DNA of 64,000 bases from Promethearchaeota archaeon (lineage in GTDB: Archaea; Asgardarchaeota; Lokiarchaeia; Sigyniarchaeales; SOKP01), in NCBI GenBank assembly GCA_048940645.1, contig JBHLOI010000003.1, positions 55,498 through 119,497 on the forward strand. Direction: 5' to 3'. The first letter of the stretch is position 1; every line of letters begins with the position of its first letter. The notes beneath the pieces are model-generated. The model had not been told where the DNA came from. It made no database searches and worked only from the letters and a program-made list of their open reading frames with translations. This document shows, in pieces, positions 38,675-48,338 of the stretch. Both the position numbers and the translations under genes were made by a program.

Positions 38675-39506
38675 TTTTATCAGCTCCTTTTTACATTATT
38701 TTTAATATGATTATAAATAATATATATATTCAAGTACCATAAGAAATAAAAATCATATATAAATCTTTTTAATTTATAAAATAATTCATAAAAATTACTT
38801 CTTTTATATAAAAAATCAAAGCATTATTAAGCAAATATTTGTAAGTTAATACATTTGATATGTAAATTATACTAATTGAATGAAGTTGTTATTTATTTAA
38901 GATAATCTTTTAGTTAATTTCTTGAAACATACTAAATATAGCATTTGACTCCTAAAAAGTGGAATATAATTAACAAAAATATTATTTTTTAATATATCAA
39001 AATATAACTACCTTCTTTTTGCTCCAATGTTTAGATTTTAGGAAAAGAATGCTTAACCGAGAAATATTAAAAGAATTAATCTAATTTTGTTGATATATAT
39101 TTTTCCTAAATATTAAATTAAGATATGATAAGTAAGTAGTTATAATTAATCGGCTCATATTGGATTTATATGGTATTTAAAGAAAAGCTTAAGAACAAAC
39201 ATAATTTTAATAATATTATTTTCTAATTAAAGTAAAATGGAAAAATTTAAATAATTTAATTGCTATATTTACCTTCAAGCAAGCTTTAAATAAGCAATAA
39301 AGTTTATAATTAGAATTTAAACCAAAGCTCAATAAAAGAAAAAGCTATAAATGTCAAACCAATTAAAGATTTCTTATTTGAAATTAAATACCTTAAACAT
39401 TAAAATTGTTCGACATTTTCTTTACAAAATGAAAAAGTTCATTTTTGGTTTAATTATAGGTGTAATATTTTTATATAAATTACTTATTGAAAAATAAAAA
39501 TTTAAG

Positions 39507-41453
39507 ATGACATTAAGAGAAAATAATATAGATAAGAAAAAATCGATAATAAATGGAAATGAGGCTTCAAAACCTATTTGTCTTGGACCCGTCTCTAATT
39601 TGGAAGAATTTGTCAAAGAAGATTGGTGGAAAAAGATCTTTAATGCTTATTATTTAAAAACTGATGGAGATGTTGTTGAAGATCAAAAAATCACTTCCTT
39701 TGAAGTTGATCTTTTCTCCAAAGTGTTAGGAATGCGCCCAAATCATTATATTTTAGATCTTTGTTGTGGTCAAGGTAGACATACAATTGAATTAACTAAA
39801 CGAGGATTTGAAAATGTTGAGGGTTTAGATCGATCAAGATATTTAATAAAAAAGGCTAAAGCAAGCGCTAAAAAGTTAGGTTTAATTTGTAGATTTCGTG
39901 AAGGTGATGCACGTAAATTGCCATATCCTCCTGATTCTTTTGATATTATTACGATATTAGGAAATAGTTTTGGTTACTTTGAATCTATAAAAGATGATTA
40001 CCAAGTTTTAAAGGAAGTATTTCGAACTTTAAAACCATGGGGAAAAATTCTAATTGATCTAACCGATGGAGAATATTTAAAAGATAATTTCCAATCTCGC
40101 TCTTGGGAATGGATTGATAAAAATTATTTTGTCTGCCGAGAACGGTCCTTATCTCTTGATAAACAAAGACTTATTTCTCGAGAAGTTATAAATCATGTAA
40201 ATAAAGGAGTATTAGTAGATCAATTTTATGCTGAAAGGCTATATTCTAGAAAAAATATTTCTGAAATCTTAGAAAAATTAGGTTTTAGTGATATACAATT
40301 TCATGGGATAATCACGCCTGATTCACAAAGACAACAAGATTTAGGTATGATGGAAAGGAGGATAATAGTCAGTGCTGTAGTTAAAAAAGAATGGACTGAA
40401 ATTAAAAGAAAATTATCGCCAATTAAAAGGAAAGTTGTCGTTATTTTTGGTGATCCAAGTAAACCGGATAATCTTAAGCCATCTAGTCTTTTTGATGATG
40501 ATGATCTTTACACAATAGACCAATTAAAGGCAGTTTTAAAAGAATTAAAAGAATATCATTTCTCTTACTTATGCAATCATGATACTCTAATTAATGATAT
40601 CGAAAAAATGAAAGGAAAAATAGATTATGCTTTCAATTTATGTGATGAAGGCTTTTTAAATGACGCTAGAAAAGAATTACATGTGCCTGCCCTATTAGAA
40701 ATGTTTAATATCCCTTACACAGGTTCTGGGCCTCAGTGTCTAGCATTTTGTTATGATAAATCGTTAATTCGAGGGATTGCTAAAGAATTAGAAATTCCTG
40801 TTCCAGAAGCAATTTATATAAAACCAGAAGATAAAATTATCGATTTGTCCTTATATTTCCCGGCAATTGTAAAACCAAATTTTGGAGATTCTAGCTTTGG
40901 TATTACGCAAAAAAGTGTAGTTAATAATGGAGAGCAACTTCTAAACGCGATTACAGATATTAGAGAAAAATTTGGATATGACAAACCAATATTGATTGAG
41001 CAGTTTCTTCCTGGCAAGGATTTAACTTTAGGTATTATAGGAAATCCCCCAGATGACTATTTAATACTTCCAATAATTGAAGAGGATTACTCAAATTTGC
41101 CATCTAACTTACCACACATTTGTGGGTATGAAGCTAAATGGTTACCAGATTCTCCCTATTGGAATCTCAAGTCAATTCCAGCAGAACTTCCAGAAGATAC
41201 TATTCATATCATTGAAAATTGTTCATTAAAATTATTCGAAAGGCTAGAATGTAGAGATTATGTTCGTTTTGATTGGAGACTAGATGGGGAAGGAAATCCA
41301 AAGCTTTTAGAAGTAAACCCTAATCCGGGTTGGTGCTGGGATGGACACCTCGCAAAAATGGCAAAATTTAATGGTTTATCTTATAAAGATATGCTAATTA
41401 AAATTTTGAATACTTCTGAACGAAGATTAGGTATAAATAAAAATTCTGATTAA
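39507..41453 (+). CDS. Class I SAM methyltransferase fused to a D-Ala-D-Ala-ligase-like ATP-grasp domain
   Basis: ILDLCCGQGRH, GDAR, GNSFGYF; then PYTGS, VKP...SSFGI, EQFLPG, DYVRFDWR, LEVNPNPG. Confidence 0.9.
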   Translation: MTLRENNIDKKKSIINGNEASKPICLGPVSNLEEFVKEDWWKKIFNAYYLKTDGDVVEDQKITSFEVDLFSKVLGMRPNHYILDLCCGQGRHTIELTKRGFENVEGLDRSRYLIKKAKASAKKLGLICRFREGDARKLPYPPDSFDIITILGNSFGYFESIKDDYQVLKEVFRTLKPWGKILIDLTDGEYLKDNFQSRSWEWIDKNYFVCRERSLSLDKQRLISREVINHVNKGVLVDQFYAERLYSRKNISEILEKLGFSDIQFHGIITPDSQRQQDLGMMERRIIVSAVVKKEWTEIKRKLSPIKRKVVVIFGDPSKPDNLKPSSLFDDDDLYTIDQLKAVLKELKEYHFSYLCNHDTLINDIEKMKGKIDYAFNLCDEGFLNDARKELHVPALLEMFNIPYTGSGPQCLAFCYDKSLIRGIAKELEIPVPEAIYIKPEDKIIDLSLYFPAIVKPNFGDSSFGITQKSVVNNGEQLLNAITDIREKFGYDKPILIEQFLPGKDLTLGIIGNPPDDYLILPIIEEDYSNLPSNLPHICGYEAKWLPDSPYWNLKSIPAELPEDTIHIIENCSLKLFERLECRDYVRFDWRLDGEGNPKLLEVNPNPGWCWDGHLAKMAKFNGLSYKDMLIKILNTSERRLGINKNSD

Positions 41454-41484
41454 TAACATTTTATATTTTAATATCTTTTAAAAT

Positions 41485-42603
41485 TTATCTAAAAAAATCA
41501 AAAATAAGAAAAATAAACTCCATAATAAAAATAAAACTTAATAATATCTCTACATATAAAAGAAAACGTTCATTCATATTAGTTTGTGCTATATTATAAA
41601 TATCTCCTATTGTTTCAAGCCTATGTCTTATACTATCACTCCATTGTTTCAATTGAAATAATTCTGCTAAGTTTGTATATATTTGTGCTAAATAATAATC
41701 CCCAATCAACTTTGATACATTTTCGATACTTTCTAATATAAAAATATAATCATATCGTAATCTAAGCAAATTTCCCACTTTTCTATTTAAACTTCTACCA
41801 AAGGAACGATTTTTGAAATATATTTGGCGAATATCACCTTCAGCAATAGCTAATCTTCTATCCAATAAATAATCAACTGTACGCAATTCGAGTAGCTGAT
41901 AATTTGCTATTTCAGTAACTAGCAAAATATCTTCATAATCTTGATTGGGATCAATAATTAAGGCTCGATCAAAATCAAATATCAATAAGTCATTCTTTAA
42001 AAAGGAAAAAGAATGAAATAAGGTAGCATCAATCTGAATCTTATTAAGTTCTAGATTGGGGGTCTCTCCCATTAAAAGAGCCGCCAAATAATTTTTGTTT
42101 TCCTCTAAAAAATCTTCAGGTTTTTCAATATCATCATTGATACAATAAAACGTATATTTTTCATATTTTGGAATTTCTAATATATAGCTTTCTTCTATAC
42201 AATCTTTAATTTGTGAAAAAACTTTACTAAAATGAAATTTTAAAAATTGGTTAATCTTAAATTCTCCTTCATGAGTAGAGAATTCTGTAATCCTCAATTT
42301 ATGCAAGTGTTCTAAAGGGATATCTTGAAAGTTTATTCGAGCAATAAGTGATATCACTCCTTCTTCATATAATTTAACTTGAAGATTAATTTCTTTGATA
42401 TATTTGGATTCTGAAACAATATTTTGAGTAAGTTCTAATGTGAGAGGAGTGGGAAAATCTACATATGATGGCGTGTCTTTCGTTCTTATAATACGTTTAT
42501 CAGTGATACCAGGAAAAATATTTGAGGCCTTCTTCAAATTAATACTACGACCTACGTCGGTTAGTCGAAGAAAGATTACTTCTCCATTCAAAAAAATGCA
42601 CAA
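41485..42603 (-). CDS. RMD1/DUF155-like protein with C-terminal TM helix
   Basis: ANYQLLELR..D, KLIGDYYLAQIY, W..SIRHRLE and terminal TM EILLSFIFIMEFI. Confidence 0.65.
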   Translation of the reverse strand: MCIFLNGEVIFLRLTDVGRSINLKKASNIFPGITDKRIIRTKDTPSYVDFPTPLTLELTQNIVSESKYIKEINLQVKLYEEGVISLIARINFQDIPLEHLHKLRITEFSTHEGEFKINQFLKFHFSKVFSQIKDCIEESYILEIPKYEKYTFYCINDDIEKPEDFLEENKNYLAALLMGETPNLELNKIQIDATLFHSFSFLKNDLLIFDFDRALIIDPNQDYEDILLVTEIANYQLLELRTVDYLLDRRLAIAEGDIRQIYFKNRSFGRSLNRKVGNLLRLRYDYIFILESIENVSKLIGDYYLAQIYTNLAELFQLKQWSDSIRHRLETIGDIYNIAQTNMNERFLLYVEILLSFIFIMEFIFLIFDFFR

Positions 42604-42712
42604 TTCTCTTTAATTCATTAATATAAATTTAGTTAATACAAGAATTAAATTCTATTTAAACATATTAAAATTAAATAATTTTATATTTTTTTGTGATTTT
42701 AATACTAATTAT

Positions 42713-44023
42713 TTGTATCAATGTATTCCTATGAACTTAATACTCCTAATCATAATTTTTTGCATATTTGCATTCATATTAATTAGTTATGCATCGAAAA
42801 ATTTAGATTTTGTAGCAATTTCATTATTAGGTTGTTTTATAGCGGCTACAATTACAGGTTTATTAGGTAGTATAGATATCAGAGGTTTCATTGAATACAT
42901 TGAGTTTGAAGCCATCATTGTTATTTTATGTATGAGTATTATCACAAAACTCGCTCAGGATTCTAATATTTTAGAATTTTTGGCGGTAAAACTCTTTAAA
43001 TTTTCAAAAGGAAACAGAAGAATTTTTCTCTATCTTATTTGTTTAATAACTACCTTACTTGCGGCAATTATTAGTGATGTTGTTGTTGTGCTAATATTAG
43101 CTCCAGTTGTTATTCGATTATGTCGATTCTTGAAAATAAGGGCTGGAACATATTTGTTGGGAATGACAATATGTATAAATATAGGTTCTATAATTACACC
43201 TTTTTCAAGTGGAGAGAATATTATAATTTCTGTCGCTTTTGGATTGGATACCATGTATTTTATAGTATATTATTGGGGATTCTCTTTTTTACTTTTATTT
43301 ATAACTGTCTATTTAATAGATAAATTCTTTCTTAGTAAAGAACCTGAAATTGAACAAAACCAAAAACGATTTGTGTTAGAGTTAGTAGATTCAGATGTAA
43401 TGATTTCAAATAAAAAATTATTCTATATTAATAGCATCGGGATAATTATTACAATAATTTTATTTGCAATTTTACCACTACTTTATTTAACGGCAGCATT
43501 ATCCGCGTTCATCTTAATTCTGATTAATAAAAAGTATACTAAGAAAAAAACAAGCGATCTTCTTAAAGATGTTGAGTGGGAAATTATTTTCTTTTTTATT
43601 TCTTTATATGTTGTAATTGGTTGCTTGACAGCAGCAGGTTTTGAAGAATTATTTAAAGGAATTCCCTTCGGGGTATTAAATCCCTTTATGCTGAGTCTTG
43701 TAATTTTAATTATAGTAAGCTTCATATCCGGTTTTGTTGCAAATACACCTACCGCCTTAATCTTTATACCAATAATAGAATTTTTACAAGGAAGTTTCCC
43801 TTCAATTCCTTTATTATACTCATTTATAATTGGAATAAATCTTGGTGGAAATCTTATTCCTCAAGGAGCAGCATGTGATATGATGACGTTAAAAATTGCC
43901 CAGAAATTTGATGTTGAGAATATGAACTTTAAAAGATTATTAAAAGTAGGAGCAACTTTTGCAATTATTCATATAATTTTATCAATTGGATATTTATTTC
44001 TATTAAGTTTATTTTTTGGCTAA
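42713..44023 (+). CDS. ArsB/NhaD/SLC13-superfamily ion transporter
   Basis: NIGSIITP..SGENII, VEWEIIFFF, SGFVANTP, NLGGN. Confidence 0.88.
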   Translation: MYQCIPMNLILLIIIFCIFAFILISYASKNLDFVAISLLGCFIAATITGLLGSIDIRGFIEYIEFEAIIVILCMSIITKLAQDSNILEFLAVKLFKFSKGNRRIFLYLICLITTLLAAIISDVVVVLILAPVVIRLCRFLKIRAGTYLLGMTICINIGSIITPFSSGENIIISVAFGLDTMYFIVYYWGFSFLLLFITVYLIDKFFLSKEPEIEQNQKRFVLELVDSDVMISNKKLFYINSIGIIITIILFAILPLLYLTAALSAFILILINKKYTKKKTSDLLKDVEWEIIFFFISLYVVIGCLTAAGFEELFKGIPFGVLNPFMLSLVILIIVSFISGFVANTPTALIFIPIIEFLQGSFPSIPLLYSFIIGINLGGNLIPQGAACDMMTLKIAQKFDVENMNFKRLLKVGATFAIIHIILSIGYLFLLSLFFG

Positions 44024-44043
44024 TCTTTTTTTACTTAGATTTT

Positions 44044-45231
44044 CTATTTTCTCAATGGTGATATTTTTCGAAGTCTCTCAATAACGGATGGGAGCTTTTC
44101 TAATAAATAATTTACATCTTCTTCAGTAACAAATTTACCCAAACTAATTCTTAAAGAGCCATGAGCTTCTTCTGGTTTTAAACCAATTGCCAGTAATACA
44201 TGAGAGGGTTCTAATGACTTTGAAGAACATGCAGAACCTGTTGAGGCAGCAATACCTTCCATATCTAAGTCTAAAACAATAGATTCTCCTTCTATATATT
44301 TAAATCCTAAATTAACATTGTTAGGGAGCCTTTTAATTGGATGACCATTAAGATATGAATCCTCAATATTTTTAAGAACCCAATTAATAATTTTATCTCT
44401 TAATTTTGTTTGTCTTTCTGCTTCTTGAGCCATTTCTTGTTTTGCGATTTCCACAGCTTTAGCAAATCCCGCTATTAATGGTACTGCTACTGTACTCGGT
44501 CTCATTTCTCTTTCATGTCCACCTCCAAATAAAATAGGTTTAATAAACCTACCCCACCCTTTCCTTATCCCTTTATCTCTTATATATAATAATCCTATTC
44601 CTTTTGGTCCATATAGCTTATGAGCACTAGCAGATAATAAATCTATATTCAAATTAGTTACATCAATAGGAACTTTCCCAAAAGCCTGAACAGCATCTGT
44701 ATGAAAAATGACATCATGTTTTCTAGCTATTTTTCCTATTTCTTTTATTGGTTGGATTGAGCCAATTTCGTTATTAGCAAACATAATAGTAATTAAAATC
44801 GTTTTATCAGTAATGATTTTCTCCAGTTCATTAGGGTTAATTAAACCATCCTTATCTACAGGTAAAAAAGTTACCTTAAATCCATCTTTTTCTAATTCCT
44901 TACACGGATTTTCCACAGCATGGTGTTCAATAGAACTTGTGATAATATGATTACCTTTTTCTCGATTTTTTCTTGCAACTCCGATAATTGCTAGATTATC
45001 TGCCTCTGTTCCTGAAGATGTAAAAAAAATTTCTTCTGGTTTTGCATTAATTAATGATGCAATATTTTCTCTCGATTTTTCTAATATTTGCCCAGCTTTT
45101 TGACCCATAAAATGTAAACTTAAGGAGTTACCGTAAGTATCTTTGAAATGCATGTTTATTTCATCAATAACTTTTGGATCCATGGGGGTTGTTGCTGCAT
45201 TATCCAAATAAACGTATCTTGAACGAGTCAT
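44044..45231 (-). CDS. iscS: Cysteine desulfurase IscS/NifS
   Basis: YLDNAATTP, FTSSGTE, HTDAVQ, SAHKLYGPKG, STGSACSS. Confidence 0.96.
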   Translation of the reverse strand: MTRSRYVYLDNAATTPMDPKVIDEINMHFKDTYGNSLSLHFMGQKAGQILEKSRENIASLINAKPEEIFFTSSGTEADNLAIIGVARKNREKGNHIITSSIEHHAVENPCKELEKDGFKVTFLPVDKDGLINPNELEKIITDKTILITIMFANNEIGSIQPIKEIGKIARKHDVIFHTDAVQAFGKVPIDVTNLNIDLLSASAHKLYGPKGIGLLYIRDKGIRKGWGRFIKPILFGGGHEREMRPSTVAVPLIAGFAKAVEIAKQEMAQEAERQTKLRDKIINWVLKNIEDSYLNGHPIKRLPNNVNLGFKYIEGESIVLDLDMEGIAASTGSACSSKSLEPSHVLLAIGLKPEEAHGSLRISLGKFVTEEDVNYLLEKLPSVIERLRKISPLRK

Positions 45232-45364
45232 GATAAATTATTTTCATATAGTTATTAATTTTATATTTAAATTAACAATTCATTTGATGAGAGTTTTTAT
45301 ATTAATATTAATTCTTACAAAAATAAAATTTTAATATTTTTAAAAGGAATGAGCTGATTATTAA

Positions 45365-45922
45365 GTGGCCTTCTCTCTTATTTGGGGGATAACTGGAACA
45401 GGATTTGTTTTAAAAGAGTCAATTAATCTAATGAGAGAATTACAAAATAATTACGACGTTGATTTAACTGTCATTCTTTCTAAAGAAGGAACAGCAGTTG
45501 TAAAATGGTATAAATTATGGATTGAGTTAACTGAGACCGTTAAAAAGGTAAAAACTGAAAAAACTCCTAATATTCCTTTCTATGCTGGACCATTACAACT
45601 TGGGAAATATAACATGTTTTTGGTTTGCCCCGTATCAGCAAATAGCGTGGCAAAAATCACATATGGGATAGCTGATACATTAATTACTAATTGTGTTGCC
45701 CAAGCTATTAAAGGGGGTGTAACTGTATATGTTTTTCCTTCAGATCAAGATTTAGAACCCATATCAACTACTAGGCCTGATGGTAGTCCTTTAACGTTGA
45801 AAATTAGGGATATTGAAATCGAAAATATAAAAAGATTAAAAAAAATGGAAGGTATCCACATAATTTCTAACTTCTCAGAAATTAAACCACTTATTTTGAA
45901 GAAGATTGATGAAAAAAGTTAA
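45365..45922 (+). CDS. Archaeoflavoprotein AfpA-family flavoprotein
   Basis: WGITGTG, PVSANSVAKITYGIADTLITN, PSD. Confidence 0.88.
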   Translation: MAFSLIWGITGTGFVLKESINLMRELQNNYDVDLTVILSKEGTAVVKWYKLWIELTETVKKVKTEKTPNIPFYAGPLQLGKYNMFLVCPVSANSVAKITYGIADTLITNCVAQAIKGGVTVYVFPSDQDLEPISTTRPDGSPLTLKIRDIEIENIKRLKKMEGIHIISNFSEIKPLILKKIDEKS

Positions 45923-45937
45923 AAATATTTATGACCC

Positions 45938-46378
45938 TTAAGCTTCATATTTCACGGATTGGATTGCTCCTTCGGGACAAATTAATTCACACTTCAAACA
46001 ACCTTGACATTTCGATATTTCTCTAAACTTATATCTTATTCCTTCCTCTTCAATTCTATCTTTTTTTACAATGTCCTTGTAGAAAAGATTTTTAGGGCAA
46101 AATTTTTCGTTTTCATCAAGGCAATTTTCACACATACTGCATTTTTCATGATCTATTTTAATACTAAGTATTTGATCTGGATGAAGTATCGAAGTAACTT
46201 CAACTGCATTCCTAGGACACACCTGGACACAATTTAGGCATGCTTTACACTTTTCATAATCAACTCTTCTAACACTATGTTCAAAATATATCGCTTTAGC
46301 TTTACATGCCCGTAAACATCTTTCGCATCTTAAGCAAAGTTCTTGGTCAATTTGAACCGGAACAAATTTCTCTTTAAT
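45938..46378 (-). CDS. Polyferredoxin, about 4 Fe-S motifs (extended to a probable ATT start at 46378)
   Basis: Frame stays open upstream of the track's start: IKEKFVPVQIDQELCLRCERCLRACK...CKACLNCVQVCP...CSMCENC...CP...CQGCLKCELICP; SD GAGGTA at 46391-46386. Confidence 0.88.
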   Translation of the reverse strand: MKEKFVPVQIDQELCLRCERCLRACKAKAIYFEHSVRRVDYEKCKACLNCVQVCPRNAVEVTSILHPDQILSIKIDHEKCSMCENCLDENEKFCPKNLFYKDIVKKDRIEEEGIRYKFREISKCQGCLKCELICPEGAIQSVKYEA

Positions 46379-46524
46379 AACTTATTACCTCAATAAAATT
46401 TTCTGTAGATCAATTCCAGGTAAGCTTAAATTAGACAATTCTTAAAAAATTTTAAAATTCGCCTTTATGAATTATTAACTTATTATAATTTAAGCTTTAA
46501 AAAAAATTAAAAAGTAAGTGTTTT

Positions 46525-47328
46525 TTATTGAAAATATTGAGTATATCTCTCTTTTGGTTCTTCTGGTAATTGTTGTTGCCTTTGAAATTGTTGGGCTTTT
46601 TCGGCCAATTCTAACATTTTAGCTTTTATCTCCTTTCCTTCTTCAATTAATTTGGAAGTATCAATACTTAAATTGTACATTTGGTTTAGAACCTCCAAAA
46701 TAGAAGCCGCTCCTTCTGGTGTTGGTATTTCAAGGACAGGAGTAAAAAGCGCAAAAGCTTGTAATTTGTTTGATAAAGCTTCATTAAGTACTGTGGCCTC
46801 AGGTCCTACAATTATTCCTTTCTCAACTTTTTTCAAACCGAATTTCTCTAATTGCTCTATCATGTGTGATTCAGCAGCGTAATACACTGGATAATCGTCT
46901 ATTATTCCACGTTGGGGAATTCCTTGGAAAATTACAATTTCTTTAGCTCTTACATCTTCAGAGAGAGCCCAATTATTAATTGTTTTTGAGAGATCATTAT
47001 AGGCTGCACTCACTTGAAATGGTACTTCTGAAATTCCTACGATTAAATTATTCTGTGGGGAATAATAAAGCCGAAAAGGGTGTTTTAATACACCAGCATA
47101 AAAAACACTGATTGGGGGAAGATAATCGCTTGTAACAAAACCGATTTCCTTTATATCAGATAATTGTTCTACTAAAGCGTTGGCTACTATCGGTCCTATC
47201 AATCCAATTCCTGCAAAACCTAAAATTATCGTTGAACCAGGTTTAATTTCAGTGGAAAAATCATATATCACTATTGCACTTTTCTTCCCTTTTTCACATA
47301 TATATTCTTTTTTTACCAATGAAAGCAC
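46525..47328 (-). CDS. PAC2-family proteasome assembly chaperone
   Basis: GFAGIGLIGPI, PFRLY, PTPEGA, IDTSKLIEEG; C-terminus QYFQ. Confidence 0.88.
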   Translation of the reverse strand: MLSLVKKEYICEKGKKSAIVIYDFSTEIKPGSTIILGFAGIGLIGPIVANALVEQLSDIKEIGFVTSDYLPPISVFYAGVLKHPFRLYYSPQNNLIVGISEVPFQVSAAYNDLSKTINNWALSEDVRAKEIVIFQGIPQRGIIDDYPVYYAAESHMIEQLEKFGLKKVEKGIIVGPEATVLNEALSNKLQAFALFTPVLEIPTPEGAASILEVLNQMYNLSIDTSKLIEEGKEIKAKMLELAEKAQQFQRQQQLPEEPKERYTQYFQ

Positions 47329-47534
47329 ATCTTTATTATTTTAGTTATTAGTATTTTTCTTAATTCAATATTATTTAGTGAATCCTACAATATTAAAATT
47401 AATCTATTATAAATCTTTAACATGTTAATAAAAGTAAGACTTCTATTTAATTATAAAATAGACAAATTTTATTTTTTATAAATCAATAAACTACATATTA
47501 GAAATATTTATTCTATAATAATCAAGAAGAGGCT

Positions 47535-48338
47535 ATGAATATACTTTTAGAACTTAAGAATGTTACTATTCCCACCCTTGACCAAAAATGTGTAATCGTT
47601 AATAATGTTTCTTTTGAGGTAAGAGAAGGATCAATACATGCAGTTATAGGCCCAAATGGTTCTGGAAAATCAACATTAGCGTATACGATAATGGGTTTGG
47701 ACTCTTATAGAATCTCTCAAGGTAAAATATACTTTGATGGAATAGATATAACCAATATGAGTCTTACTGAACGTGCTAAATTAGGTATTACTCTAGCATG
47801 GCAAGAACCTGCTCGTATAGATGGACTAACCGTCTTTAAATATATTACTTTGGGTATTAAAGATAAAGTTAATTTACAAGAAAAAGTTAAGGAAGCTTTA
47901 AGAACGGTTAACTTAGAGCCTGAACGATATTATAATAGAATTATTGATGAAACATTAAGTGGGGGAGAAAGAAAGAGAGTAGAGCTAGCAGCAGCTATTG
48001 CGATGAGACCAAAATTAATAATTTTGGATGAACCTGATTCTGGTTTAGACATGATTGTCATTGAAGATTTTTTAAATATTTTCAATAAGATCAAGGCATT
48101 AAACATGACAATTCTGTTAATCACACACAGAGAAGATATTGGAATGGTAGCTGATTATGGAACCTTATTATGGAGAGGAGATGCTTTATTAACTGATGAA
48201 TTTCCTAGAGTAATGGTAAGATACTGTGCTAAAGCAGGATTAAAGGAATTTTGTAAAAGAGCTCTATTCAAGAATGGAGGAAAATGCTTCGATGATGAAT
48301 ATATTGACAGAATTTTTAGAGAGGAGGGATTGTCATGA
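47535..48338 (+). CDS. sufC: SufC/SmsC ABC ATPase
   Basis: GPNGSGKST, WQEP, LSGGERKR, LDEPDSG, Cys-containing C-terminus; overlaps the sufB/D-like gene. Confidence 0.9.
   Translation: MNILLELKNVTIPTLDQKCVIVNNVSFEVREGSIHAVIGPNGSGKSTLAYTIMGLDSYRISQGKIYFDGIDITNMSLTERAKLGITLAWQEPARIDGLTVFKYITLGIKDKVNLQEKVKEALRTVNLEPERYYNRIIDETLSGGERKRVELAAAIAMRPKLIILDEPDSGLDMIVIEDFLNIFNKIKALNMTILLITHREDIGMVADYGTLLWRGDALLTDEFPRVMVRYCAKAGLKEFCKRALFKNGGKCFDDEYIDRIFREEGLS

Noticed and set aside
38690-39506. Replication origin
   Set aside because: AT-rich only; no ORB repeats or adjacent orc1/cdc6.
38531-41453. Graspetide RiPP cluster (repeat peptide + ATP-grasp)
   Set aside because: The repeats lack Ser/Thr/Lys donors, the ligase is Ddl-type rather than RimK/MvdD-type, and the genes are divergent and ~830 bp apart; kept only as a weak remark.
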